Below, piece by piece: positions 10,999 to 20,385 of a stretch of 64,000 nucleotides of DNA. Numbering within the stretch: position 1 is the first letter of the stretch; every line of letters starts with the position of its first letter. The notes under the pieces were generated by a model. The model ran no database searches. It was not told where the DNA came from and worked only from the letters and a program-made list of their open reading frames with translations. A program made the position numbers and the translations under genes. The stretch spans positions 185,223 to 249,222 of the forward strand of contig CAWJQU010000017.1 in the NCBI GenBank assembly GCA_963845145.1, given 5' to 3'. This DNA is from an uncultured delta proteobacterium. Lineage in GTDB: Bacteria > Desulfobacterota > Desulfobacteria > Desulfobacterales > QNYZ01.

Positions 10999-11727
10999 TT
11001 AGTCGCCAAAAGTTCCTTCACAAGTAGCATCTCCGGACCCCATTTGCGCCGGCGCATATTCAACCATAATTTTTTGGGCCAGTCCATGCCCAAGGATAAA
11101 ACGTTTGCAATCGACGGACACCACCATCTGTCCTTGGGGTTGGCTAGTAATGATCTCGATAGTATCCCCGGTACGAAGGCCCATGGTGGATAATCTGGTT
11201 TCTGCCCGGCGGCCACCTTGAATCGATTTAACCTTCACCCTTTCACCGGGGTGGGCCTGAATGAGGGGTATTTTGCCTGCTTGGGTTTGCATACACGTTT
11301 CGCAAATTCCATAGATTTCCATCTTATGCTGGAGCATGTGGAATCGATAGTTTTTAACAATTTCCAATTGTAAAATTTCTAACTGGCTGTTTTCAAATTC
11401 AATAATGCGACCGCATTTGGTGCAAATCATATGGTCATGGTGGTGGCAGGGGTGGCGATGTTCATACCGAACCTCACCGTTTTCAAATCGATTTTTTTGA
11501 GCGAACCCGTAGTCGCACATCATCTTAAGGGTTTCAATGATAAACGCAGGCGAATAGGTGCGGCCGTATTTGGACAATAACGCCGCGACTTCATCCACGG
11601 TTAAATGGCGCTCAGTGGTAAGGAATATCTCTAATATTTTAAATCGATCCTCGAATTGATCGATGTTCTCTTGTTTAAATAGTTTTCGGAATTGCTCTTT
11701 TTCCTGCGCATGTATTTGCCGCATCAA
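10999..11727 (-). CDS. Fur-family regulator fused to a C-terminal FeoA (SH3-like) domain
   Basis: HHDHMICTKCG and CETC Fur motifs, then RLSTMGLRTGDTIEII...LGHGLAQKIMV FeoA pattern. Confidence 0.85.
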   Translation of the reverse strand: MMRQIHAQEKEQFRKLFKQENIDQFEDRFKILEIFLTTERHLTVDEVAALLSKYGRTYSPAFIIETLKMMCDYGFAQKNRFENGEVRYEHRHPCHHHDHMICTKCGRIIEFENSQLEILQLEIVKNYRFHMLQHKMEIYGICETCMQTQAGKIPLIQAHPGERVKVKSIQGGRRAETRLSTMGLRTGDTIEIITSQPQGQMVVSVDCKRFILGHGLAQKIMVEYAPAQMGSGDATCEGTFGD

Positions 11728-11848
11728 CTATCCTTAAAATAAATAATACGTTAGAGTTTTTTGTTATCAACTTATAAAGTAGGAAAAATAATGACAAGAG
11801 GGGCATTTGTCAATTTGGGTGGGTTCAAAATGAGATTAAGATAAAGCT

Positions 11849-11915
11849 TAAAAAAGGAAAGGGTGGCTTCCCATTAAGCCACCCTTTAGGAGAAAGGAGG
11901 AGGTATGAAACTGTT
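11849..11915 (-). ncRNA. Candidate sigma54-dependent sRNA with an anti-SD seed (UUUCAUACCUCCUCCUUUCUCCU) and intrinsic terminator
   Basis: Lies between a consensus -24/-12 box (11926-11942) and a 12-bp stem plus U-tract (11850-11887); no ORF on the transcribed strand. Confidence 0.65.
11850..11887 (-). terminator. Rho-independent terminator of the candidate sRNA
   Basis: Minus strand AAAGGGTGGCTT-AATGGG-AAGCCACCCTTT followed by CCTTTTTT. Confidence 0.75.
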
Positions 11916-11925
11916 TATTTAATAG

Positions 11926-11942
11926 AGCAATATAAGTGCCAA
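11926..11942 (-). promoter_or_regulatory. Sigma54 (RpoN) -24/-12 promoter
   Basis: Minus strand TTGGCAC-TTATA-TTGCT matches TGGCAC-N5-TTGCW. Confidence 0.8.
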
Positions 11943-12218
11943 AAAACACAATGTATTAAAAAAAAGTGGGTTTTGTTGGGGGAGATTATATCTGCAAGCG
12001 CACGGCCTACATTTAAAAACGTTATAACAGCCAGATAAAATTAAAAATAATGATAGTTGTATCAGGAGAGTGAGTATGCACAGAATACCACGCTTTTCAT
12101 AAAGGGCTATTAATTTTATTATATATTTATTGCCATTTTTGACATATAATAAGGGTTAATAAGAATCTTTAAGCGCTTCACGACATCATATCGGTGGAGT
12201 ATAACAAAAATATGGCAT

Positions 12219-12980
12219 TTGGATTACAAAAATGGTAATCCAGCTCCCGCCTGTCAGGCTGGGCTAAATAATTACGGGGAACTTGATTTGGACATCGGGT
12301 CCGATAAATGGAATGCAATTATTGAAACAGGCGCCCAAGATTTCGGTCTGTCGCCTAGTGATGCCGCTTTTGATGGGTTTGGCGTTCATGCCACGGAAAT
12401 GATCAGATTCAATCAAAAAATGAACTTATCCACCATCACCGATCCGAGTGAGATCGCCATTAAACATGTGATTGATTCTCTGGCCGCCACGCCGTTTCTG
12501 TCTGGCAAGCAGAGTCTTTTAGACATTGGTTCGGGAGCCGGGTATCCGGGCATTCCTTTAAAGCTTGTCCGGCCCGATCTGGATGTGACGTTGATTGATG
12601 GCACGGCCCGAAAGGTGAGTTTTTTAAAGCATGTCATCCGGCGTTTAGATCTTACAGGATTGTCTGCCTTTCATGCACGTGCGGAAAAACTTGTTGATAC
12701 TATGTCGGGAAAGTTCGATGCGGTGATTACACGGGCTGTGGGGCCGCTGGTAAAATGTTGGCAACTGGCTATGCCATTGGTCAATCGGGAAACCGGGATG
12801 CTGATTGCCCTAAGAGGCCGTGTCGGCCATGAGGAACTTTTATCGCTAAAAGAAACGATTCGTCGCCATAACGATTGTCCGGTTAAGACAATGGGCGATG
12901 GGCCAATGGTTCATCGCTATAAACTCCCCTTTGGACATGATCAAAGAGCCATCGTGATCCATCGTTTGATGCCTGTGTAA
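12219..12980 (+). CDS. rsmG: 16S rRNA m7G527 methyltransferase RsmG (start may be TTG 12288)
   Basis: NQKMNLSTI, KHVIDSL, LLDIGSGAGYPGIPL, FDAVITRA. Confidence 0.9.
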   Translation: MDYKNGNPAPACQAGLNNYGELDLDIGSDKWNAIIETGAQDFGLSPSDAAFDGFGVHATEMIRFNQKMNLSTITDPSEIAIKHVIDSLAATPFLSGKQSLLDIGSGAGYPGIPLKLVRPDLDVTLIDGTARKVSFLKHVIRRLDLTGLSAFHARAEKLVDTMSGKFDAVITRAVGPLVKCWQLAMPLVNRETGMLIALRGRVGHEELLSLKETIRRHNDCPVKTMGDGPMVHRYKLPFGHDQRAIVIHRLMPV

Positions 12981-13057
12981 TTGTCCCGCTGATACGAACC
13001 GGCTTGACTTGCCGGCAATAATAAACGTAAAATGACAGCCTGAATGAATCCAATTGC

Positions 13058-13134
<77 letters not shown>

Positions 13135-13307
13135 ATGTTGTTTGAAAGTGTCCGGTTGAATAGTGTCCGGTTGAATGAAGTAAAAATTAAACGATTCAAA
13201 TATCATCATCAGGCGGGCTTGTCCACGGAAATTACGCGGACAAACCTCACCGTACCCCTAAAGCTTGAAACATTGTTGCTAAAACGAAAGTACTCAGACT
13301 GAATTAT

Positions 13308-14321
13308 ATGAAGGCAAAGACAATAACGAAAAAAAAAGTCCGTAAGGTAGGCCGCCCCAAGAAGGCAAGTCCCAAGAAGGCTAGCCCCAAGAAGGCTAAC
13401 CCCAAGAAGGCGAGCCCCAAAAAGGGAACCAAGCCAGCTTCTTCGCGTGCGTCGTCGAGTAAAGCGGTTGTCAAATTTGATCCGCTTCAGCGGTACCTCT
13501 CAGAAATCAGCCGGTACTCTCTGATTACGCGTGAGCGTGAAGTCGAATTGGGCATTCTTATCCAGGAAGATGGGGATACCGACGCTGCCTACGAGCTGGT
13601 TACGGCCAATTTGAGGCTTGTTGTCAAAATTGCCCTGGAATTTCAACGAGTTTGGATGCAGAACCTGTTGGACTTAATTCAAGAGGGGAATATCGGCCTC
13701 ATGCAGGCGGTTAAAAAGTTTGACCCCTATAAGAATGTCAAGTTTTCATACTACGCCTCTTTCTGGATCAAAGCCTATATTTTAAAATTCATTATGGACA
13801 ATTGGCGGCTGGTGAAAATCGGTACGACTCAGGGGCAAAGAAAGCTTTTCTTTAAGCTGAAAAAAGAGAAGCAAAAACTGATCGAAGAGGGTTTTGACCC
13901 CAAACCGAAGCTTCTTTCGGAAAAGCTGGGTGTATCGGAAAAAGAGATCATCAATATGGACCAACGGTTGAGCAGTTGGGACCTTTCATTGGATGCGCCG
14001 GTGAAGGATGATTCCGATACGGAAAAAATCGACCTTCTGGATGTCGAGGATGATTCGGTGGAAGATCAGATGGCCCGCAAAGAAATTGTCTCCTTGATGC
14101 ACAGGAAGATCGCACGTTTTAAGAAACAGTTGACGCAGCGGGAGCTCTATATTTTCGATGAGCGGGTCTTTTCCGAAAGCCCGGCAACTTTGCAAAAAAT
14201 TGGGGATCGTTACGAAATATCGCGTGAGCGCGTCCGCCAGGTTGAAAAAAATATCATTAAAAAAATGCGTGCTTACTTTAAAGAAGAGATTCCCGATTTT
14301 AACATTTATTCACAGGATTAA
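13308..14321 (+). CDS. rpoH: RpoH/sigma32-like sigma factor with a Lys/Ala/Pro-rich N-terminal extension
   Basis: NLRLVVKIA, DLIQEGNIGLMQAVKKFDP, RpoH-box-like LVKIGTTQGQRKLFFKL, TLQKIGDRYEISRERVRQVE. Confidence 0.85.
   Translation: MKAKTITKKKVRKVGRPKKASPKKASPKKANPKKASPKKGTKPASSRASSSKAVVKFDPLQRYLSEISRYSLITREREVELGILIQEDGDTDAAYELVTANLRLVVKIALEFQRVWMQNLLDLIQEGNIGLMQAVKKFDPYKNVKFSYYASFWIKAYILKFIMDNWRLVKIGTTQGQRKLFFKLKKEKQKLIEEGFDPKPKLLSEKLGVSEKEIINMDQRLSSWDLSLDAPVKDDSDTEKIDLLDVEDDSVEDQMARKEIVSLMHRKIARFKKQLTQRELYIFDERVFSESPATLQKIGDRYEISRERVRQVEKNIIKKMRAYFKEEIPDFNIYSQD
13356..13430 (+). repeat. Five 15-bp tandem units encoding PKKAS-like pentapeptides
   Basis: cccaagaaggcaagt / cccaagaaggctagc / cccaagaaggctaac / cccaagaaggcgagc / cccaaaaagggaacc. 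Confidence 0.9.
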
Positions 14322-14333
14322 AAGCAAGATATC

Positions 14334-16094
14334 ATGATGGTTCGTTATCAAACCATGGTAAAAGTATACCGATATATTACAACGCTCATTATTAGTTTGA
14401 TACCGGTGGTTTATTTCGGATTGGCTATTATTGGATGCACCCCGTCCATTAATAACAACACAGACCCGAATTTATCGAAACAATTCCGTATTCCAGTGTT
14501 CACTAACACGGACAATGCCTACTTTCGTTTTCTGGCATCTCAACTCGCCCGTGCCGATGATCAGATCGATGAAGCCACTGCCGAGATGCAAAGGGCCGTT
14601 GATCTGGACCCTACCTCTATGTATCTGAAAAAGGAGCTGGCGGCGCTGTGGGCGCAACAAAAGCAGTATGATAAAGCGTTGGAACTTTTAGGCGAGGTGA
14701 TTCGCCGGGATGCCATGGATATCGAAGCTGTGGTGATGACAGGGAAGATCCAACTGGCGAAAAAAAATAACGACGCTGCTATTGAGCAATTTGAAAAAGC
14801 GATCATGATCGAACCGTTACGCGAGGATATTTATCATACGCTGGGTAACATCTATATCCAGAAAAAAGACTTCAAAAATGCCCAACGGATTTATCAAGCC
14901 TTGGTCGACCAGCTTCCGTCTTCGTATGTCGGCTATTTTTTTCTGGGCAGGGTTCTTACCGAGCTGGGTCTGGAGACAAAAGCGGAAGATTCGTTTAAAA
15001 AAACATTACAGTTGGCACCGGAACTTGACGAGCCCCGGTTTCGCCTGATTGAATTGTATCAATCTCAGGGCAAGATGGAAAATGCCAAGTCGCTCTACCT
15101 TAAGATTTTATCCGGAAACGCGAAAAACGTAAGAGCGGTTATGGGCATGGCCTTACTCGATTATAAGTCGGGCAAAACCACGTCAGCGAGCCAGCCGCTT
15201 GAAAAACTGGGCCAACTGTCCTTGACCGATAAAAATATTATTCCCGTTTTAATTCGACATTATATTGACAATAAACAATATGATGATGCTCTGATACTGA
15301 CCGATGGCATGTTGAAAGGCGCGCCCAACAGCTCCGAGCTGAATTATCTCGCTGCCCTGGCTTATGATGAAAAAGAGCTTGAAGAAAAAGCGCTGACACA
15401 TTTCAGAAAAGTCGGCCCTGAAAGTGATTTTTATAAAAACGCCGCCCTTCAGGTCGGATATATTTTGAACAATCAGGGGCACACGGCGGAAGCAATTGCC
15501 CATGTAAAATCGGTCATCGAACGCATACCGGATACTTCAGAGCCATATCTCTATTTGGGTATTTTCCAGGAAGACCTTGAGGAATATGAAGCCGCCTTGG
15601 CATCCATTCGAAAAGGGTTGGCCATTGAGCCTGACAACATCTCCTTACTTTTTCGATTGGGCGTTATTTCCGACAAAGCCGGCAGCAAGGATCAATGCAT
15701 TGCCGCTATGAAAAAGGTGCTCAGCCTGGACCCTAAACATGCCAACGCCCTAAATTATCTGGGATATACCTATGCCGATTTGGGCCAAAATTTAAAAGAA
15801 GCCGAAGATTTGATCCAAAAAGCCCTTCAGATTAAGCCGGAAGACGGTTACATCACCGATAGTCTGGGCTGGGTGTACTATAAAGGCCAAAAATATACTA
15901 AAGCCTTGGAGGTGTTACTTCGGGCGGTGAGCCTGGTGCCGGATGACCCCATTATCCTGGAGCACGCGGGTGATGCTTACCTGAAAACCAACAATCGACC
16001 CAAGGCGATCGAATTTTACCGACGGTCTTTGGAATTACAAAAAGGGGATACCGAAGGTATCGAAAAAAAAATACGGGAACTGTCCGTAGAATGA
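14334..16094 (+). CDS. TPR-repeat lipoprotein
   Basis: Lipobox IIGC; many TPRs including ALNYLGYTYAD and DSLGWVYYK. Confidence 0.88.
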   Translation: MMVRYQTMVKVYRYITTLIISLIPVVYFGLAIIGCTPSINNNTDPNLSKQFRIPVFTNTDNAYFRFLASQLARADDQIDEATAEMQRAVDLDPTSMYLKKELAALWAQQKQYDKALELLGEVIRRDAMDIEAVVMTGKIQLAKKNNDAAIEQFEKAIMIEPLREDIYHTLGNIYIQKKDFKNAQRIYQALVDQLPSSYVGYFFLGRVLTELGLETKAEDSFKKTLQLAPELDEPRFRLIELYQSQGKMENAKSLYLKILSGNAKNVRAVMGMALLDYKSGKTTSASQPLEKLGQLSLTDKNIIPVLIRHYIDNKQYDDALILTDGMLKGAPNSSELNYLAALAYDEKELEEKALTHFRKVGPESDFYKNAALQVGYILNNQGHTAEAIAHVKSVIERIPDTSEPYLYLGIFQEDLEEYEAALASIRKGLAIEPDNISLLFRLGVISDKAGSKDQCIAAMKKVLSLDPKHANALNYLGYTYADLGQNLKEAEDLIQKALQIKPEDGYITDSLGWVYYKGQKYTKALEVLLRAVSLVPDDPIILEHAGDAYLKTNNRPKAIEFYRRSLELQKGDTEGIEKKIRELSVE

Positions 16095-16891
16095 TAAAAG
16101 CCGGAATGTCATTTTACGTCCATCTCCGGTATTCTTGGCCCCTCACCATTTTGGTTACCGCCCTTGCCCTTCTTTTAGTAGCCGGTTGTGCGGGCCTTCA
16201 AATAAAAACCAAGCAAGAGATCACCCCGCAAGCAAAAGTCTTGATCGACCGCTTAGCCCAACAAAACGAGCATATATTGCAATTAAAAGGCCTGGGAAGC
16301 TATCGGCTTGTCAATGCGGATGGCCCCATGTCCGGGCGAATAGGATGGGCGTGCCGGCGACCGGATCGATTTCGGACCGATATCCTTGATCTCGGAGGCC
16401 GTCCTGCGGCCACGATCGCCAGCGACGGCCAATGGCTCTATGTGCGCTTTAAGGGTGAACGAAAAATTTATAAACGGTCCAAGGCCTCGGCGGTTTTAAA
16501 AAAAACAATCGGTTCTCCAGTAAGCATAAAAGAGATCACGGCCTTTTTAAGTGGGCGCGTGCCGCTTTTTGACTATCAAATCGCACAGGTGCGGGCCGCC
16601 GGGGATGATCAAGGGCCGGTATTAAGCCTGAAGAGAAAGCCAAATCAATTGTCGGAGGAGGTCTTTTTTAACGCAGATGCATCAGCGCCCAGAAGGGTGG
16701 TGTTTTATACAAAATCAGGTAAGGTTGCCTACCAGGTCGATCTGGTATTTTCCAAGGAGCAGGGCGAATTCGCTTTTTTTCAAAATCTCTCTTTCAGTAC
16801 GAAAAGCGGCAACCGTTTTAATTTGCGGGTGGATAAGTTGTGGCTCGGCACAGATCTACCGAATTCACTGTTTGATCTCAATGATTCATAA
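16091..16891 (+). CDS. LolB-like / DUF4292-like lipoprotein
   Basis: Lipobox VAGC, beta-rich LolA/LolB-like pattern (PDRFRTDILD); follows the TPR gene as in TPR-lolB synteny. Confidence 0.55.
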   Translation: MIKAGMSFYVHLRYSWPLTILVTALALLLVAGCAGLQIKTKQEITPQAKVLIDRLAQQNEHILQLKGLGSYRLVNADGPMSGRIGWACRRPDRFRTDILDLGGRPAATIASDGQWLYVRFKGERKIYKRSKASAVLKKTIGSPVSIKEITAFLSGRVPLFDYQIAQVRAAGDDQGPVLSLKRKPNQLSEEVFFNADASAPRRVVFYTKSGKVAYQVDLVFSKEQGEFAFFQNLSFSTKSGNRFNLRVDKLWLGTDLPNSLFDLNDS

Positions 16892-16949
16892 ATCTGTAAA
16901 CAACTGCCCCGGGCCCCCAATTTTCGGGCCTGGTGCCCAATAGTCGATC

Positions 16950-17747
16950 ATGGGTCTGAATCTTAAACCGAAACAGCCTGCTGTGGCCCTGGAGAGTCGC
17001 TTGAGGCACTGCCGTAATGTCCTCACGCTCGGGGTGAAACCAAATTTTAATGACTACGGCCAACAAGCGCAGAATCTTATTTTAAGGGCGGAGAAAGTTT
17101 ACTACCCCAGCACTTTTTATGCTGACCTTTTCGATGCCATGGGAAAAAAAACATTTCCCAGCTATCATACTTACAAATGTGTTCAAGATAAGATCAAGCA
17201 AACCGCACTCTTTAAGATGCTTGATATTCCCCACCCTAAAACCCGCGTATATTATGGTCGCCGCCAGTCACAGAAATTATTAGATCATTTCGATTACCCC
17301 TTTGTGGCTAAGGTGGCGCGCGGTTCTGCACTGGGTCGAGGCGTTTTCCTCATTAAAAATGATGACGATCTGAAAAAGTACCTGACCCGCTGCCACCCGG
17401 CCTACATTCAAACCTATCTGCCCATAGACCGGGATATGCGCTTGGTGGTTATCGGCCATCGATTGGTGCACGCCTATTGGCGTATCGCCCCGCCGGATGA
17501 TTTTCGCACCAATGTGGCTGTGGGGGGAATAATCTCTTTGGATCCGGTACCGAAAGGCGCCAAGGATTTGGCTTTGGAAACTGCCCGTCAGTGTGGTTGG
17601 AATGACGTCGGATTGGATATTTGCCAATATCAGGGGGCGTATTATGTTTTAGAAGCCAATATGAAATATGGCAGGGAGGGTTTTCAGAAAGCCGGCATTG
17701 ATTATATCCGCTTAATGGAGCAAATGATCGCCAATGGTGATATCTAA
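16950..17747 (+). CDS. RimK-like ATP-grasp ligase
   Basis: DKIKQ, PFVAK..RGSALGRGV, FRTNVAVGG, VGLDI, VLEAN. Confidence 0.85.
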   Translation: MGLNLKPKQPAVALESRLRHCRNVLTLGVKPNFNDYGQQAQNLILRAEKVYYPSTFYADLFDAMGKKTFPSYHTYKCVQDKIKQTALFKMLDIPHPKTRVYYGRRQSQKLLDHFDYPFVAKVARGSALGRGVFLIKNDDDLKKYLTRCHPAYIQTYLPIDRDMRLVVIGHRLVHAYWRIAPPDDFRTNVAVGGIISLDPVPKGAKDLALETARQCGWNDVGLDICQYQGAYYVLEANMKYGREGFQKAGIDYIRLMEQMIANGDI

Positions 17748-18903
17748 AACTCAACGATTGCCGGATCTTCGGGGAATCCTTTCACGTCGAGAGACAAGTA
17801 TCCTTTCAGCGTATGCCACCACAAGCGATCAAGCGGTCAGACGGGTAAAAGATTCGCGGCTTAATTTGGATTACCGGACGGCCTTCGCCCTGGATACGGA
17901 CCGGATTCTATACTCCCGGGCCTACACGCGATACATTGATAAAACCCAGGTATTTTATCTGGTGGCCAATGATCATATCACCCATCGAGTGCTGCACGTC
18001 CAGTTGGTATCTAAAATTGCCCGTACCGTCGGTCGCTGCCTGGGACTTAACGAAGATCTTATCGAAGCCATTGCCCTTGGCCATGATATTGGGCACACCC
18101 CTTTCGGCCACGATGGTGAGCGATTTTTATCAAAGCTTTGTCAGGCAAACGGTATTGGTGCATTTTATCACAATGTGCAGAGCATTCAGCTTTTGGACCG
18201 TGTGGAACAATACGGCCAAGGCTGGAATCTATCGCTGCAGACGCTTGATGGTATTTTATGCCATGACGGAGAAATTCATGACCAGAGGCTGGTGCCTGAA
18301 TCCAAAAAAAACTTTAGGGTATTAGATTCGCAGGTACAGGCTAAAAAAACGGAAACGGCCATACGTCTGACGCCTATGACCCTTGAAGGATGTGCCATGC
18401 GGATGGCCGATACCATCAGTTATATCGGCCGGGATATCGAAGATGCGATTCGCTTAAAACTCATACGGCGCGACGATCTCCCCCGTCAAAGCGTGGAAAT
18501 TTTAGGCGATTCCAACGGTACCATTGTTTACCGGCTTGTAACCGATCTGATCGCCCACAGTTTGGAAAAAAAATGGGTTGCTTTCAGCCCTGAAGTATCC
18601 CAAGCACTGGCGAAACTAAAAAAATTCAACTACCAGCGCATCTACCTGAATCCGATACTGAAGGCCCAAAAAAAAACGATCCGGAAACTCTTTGGTATAT
18701 TGTTTGAAGAATATCTGGAAGATATTAAAAGAGACAAACGTTCGTCAGCCATATTCACCGAGTTCCTGGAAGGAATGTCCTCCGATTATATAGAGCGCCA
18801 TGCTGCTGCAGAGGTGGTCCGGGATTTTATTTCGGGAATGACGGATCGTTATTTTTTAAGACAATGCCCGAAAAATCTGCGTCCCAAACCCCTCTCAATT
18901 TAG
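17734..18903 (+). CDS. dGTP triphosphohydrolase-like HD-domain protein
   Basis: DKTQVF, THRVLH, GHDIGHTPFGHDGE, ADTISY, DFISGMTD. Confidence 0.88.
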   Translation: MVISKTQRLPDLRGILSRRETSILSAYATTSDQAVRRVKDSRLNLDYRTAFALDTDRILYSRAYTRYIDKTQVFYLVANDHITHRVLHVQLVSKIARTVGRCLGLNEDLIEAIALGHDIGHTPFGHDGERFLSKLCQANGIGAFYHNVQSIQLLDRVEQYGQGWNLSLQTLDGILCHDGEIHDQRLVPESKKNFRVLDSQVQAKKTETAIRLTPMTLEGCAMRMADTISYIGRDIEDAIRLKLIRRDDLPRQSVEILGDSNGTIVYRLVTDLIAHSLEKKWVAFSPEVSQALAKLKKFNYQRIYLNPILKAQKKTIRKLFGILFEEYLEDIKRDKRSSAIFTEFLEGMSSDYIERHAAAEVVRDFISGMTDRYFLRQCPKNLRPKPLSI

Positions 18904-18967
18904 GCACCAAAAATAAAATAATGCAGGACATTATATTTACCTGTTAACCAAATGAAATAAATGTATA

Positions 18968-19693
18968 ATGAAGCACGAGCCTCGCACATATCGGCATGTT
19001 GTTCCCCCTGATGGTCTGGCACGGTTTAATGTCGTTGTTCAGGAAACCGATCTGGCTGTTTATGCACGTGAATTAATACCGGAAGTTGCTCGAGAGCTGG
19101 TTTTGGATTGTCGGGGAATCATTGAAAGATATATTCAACAATATCCGATTTTTGCCCAAACGCTGCTTCCCTGGACCATTCAAGGGCCGACACCGGAAAT
19201 CATTCGCCAAATGGCCGAAGCCGGTACGGCTGCCGGCGTTGGACCCATGGCAGCGGTGGCCGGCGCGGTGGCGGATTACGTGGGAAACGGATTACGCCAA
19301 AAAATGAAAGAGGTGATCGTTGAGAATGGCGGAGATATTTTTATCCATGTTAAACACCCGATCACCGTTGGTGTTTTTGCCGGCGATTCGCCCCTGAGCC
19401 ATAAGTTAGGCATCCGCGTGACTTGCGACAATCATCCGGTGGCACTTTGCACCTCATCGGGACGGATTGGCCATTCCCTCAGCCTGGGTGACGCGGATGC
19501 CGTGTGCATTATGGCCAAATCCGGCCCGCTGGCCGATGCCGTTGCGACTGCCACGGCAAATCAGGTTCATGGCCTGAAAAATCTCGGACCGGCCGTTGAT
19601 TTTGCCAAAAGCGTACGAGGTGTTGATGGCGTGTTGATTATTCGGGATGATGCCATCGCCGTCTGGGGGGGCATGAATCTCGTTCCCATATGA
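18968..19693 (+). CDS. UPF0280 / ApbE-like protein
   Basis: VGPMAAVAGA, VENGGDI, CTSSG.IGHSLSLG.AD, ADAVATA. Confidence 0.85.
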   Translation: MKHEPRTYRHVVPPDGLARFNVVVQETDLAVYARELIPEVARELVLDCRGIIERYIQQYPIFAQTLLPWTIQGPTPEIIRQMAEAGTAAGVGPMAAVAGAVADYVGNGLRQKMKEVIVENGGDIFIHVKHPITVGVFAGDSPLSHKLGIRVTCDNHPVALCTSSGRIGHSLSLGDADAVCIMAKSGPLADAVATATANQVHGLKNLGPAVDFAKSVRGVDGVLIIRDDAIAVWGGMNLVPI

Positions 19694-19860
19694 CCCTGTA
19701 TGGAAAAATATTTCGCGGGCCGGACCGAAATTCAGCGATAAAAAGGTTGAGTTTTTTAATGGATCGGGTTAGCCTTTGTACTCTGTAAGCAAATATTCCA
19801 AAACGTTTAGGCTATAAACCCAACCGCAATCTCAGAAACGATATTGGAAGGCGGATCGAT

Positions 19861-20244
19861 ATGAAAAAACTGAAATTGATTATTGTTCTGATTATCCTTG
19901 CATTGGTCACGATATTTGCGTTTCAGAACCAGGACTATTTCAAACAGACGCATCAACTAAGCCTTGACCTGATTTTAGCCGGTCCTTATACTACCCCGGT
20001 TTTAAATAATGCAACCATCTGTATAGCGGCTTTTTTACTTGGTGTAATCATCGCCTATCTGCTCACCCTGACAGGCCGTATCAAACAGCGAAAATCGATC
20101 AAGACCTTAAATTATACGCTAAATGATCGCCAAAATGAAATTGTCACCCTAAAGACCGAACTTGAAACCCAAAAACCGTCCGCACCCTCCGGAATTCCAC
20201 CTGATGAAGTGATTGCACCACCCAAAGAAGGGGATAATGCCTGA
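19861..20244 (+). CDS. LapA-family small membrane protein
   Basis: Two TM helices with FAFQN motif, C-terminal coiled coil. Confidence 0.65.
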   Translation: MKKLKLIIVLIILALVTIFAFQNQDYFKQTHQLSLDLILAGPYTTPVLNNATICIAAFLLGVIIAYLLTLTGRIKQRKSIKTLNYTLNDRQNEIVTLKTELETQKPSAPSGIPPDEVIAPPKEGDNA

Positions 20245-20385
20245 CCCGCGTTTAGGCGGGATCGGGTTGCCCGTTATCTCACCTTTTCTGACATCGCTTT
20301 TGTTTGCAGGAATCAGATCCACCTCTAACCAGGCCCTGAAACGTCGCATGGCGGCTATTCAGCCGGCCACTCAATAAGTCGTTCA

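Noticed and set aside
11905..11922. Plus-strand mini-ORF MKLFI with a strong SD
   Set aside because: Better explained as the complement of the minus-strand sRNA seed, since promoter and terminator both point to the minus strand; not fully excluded
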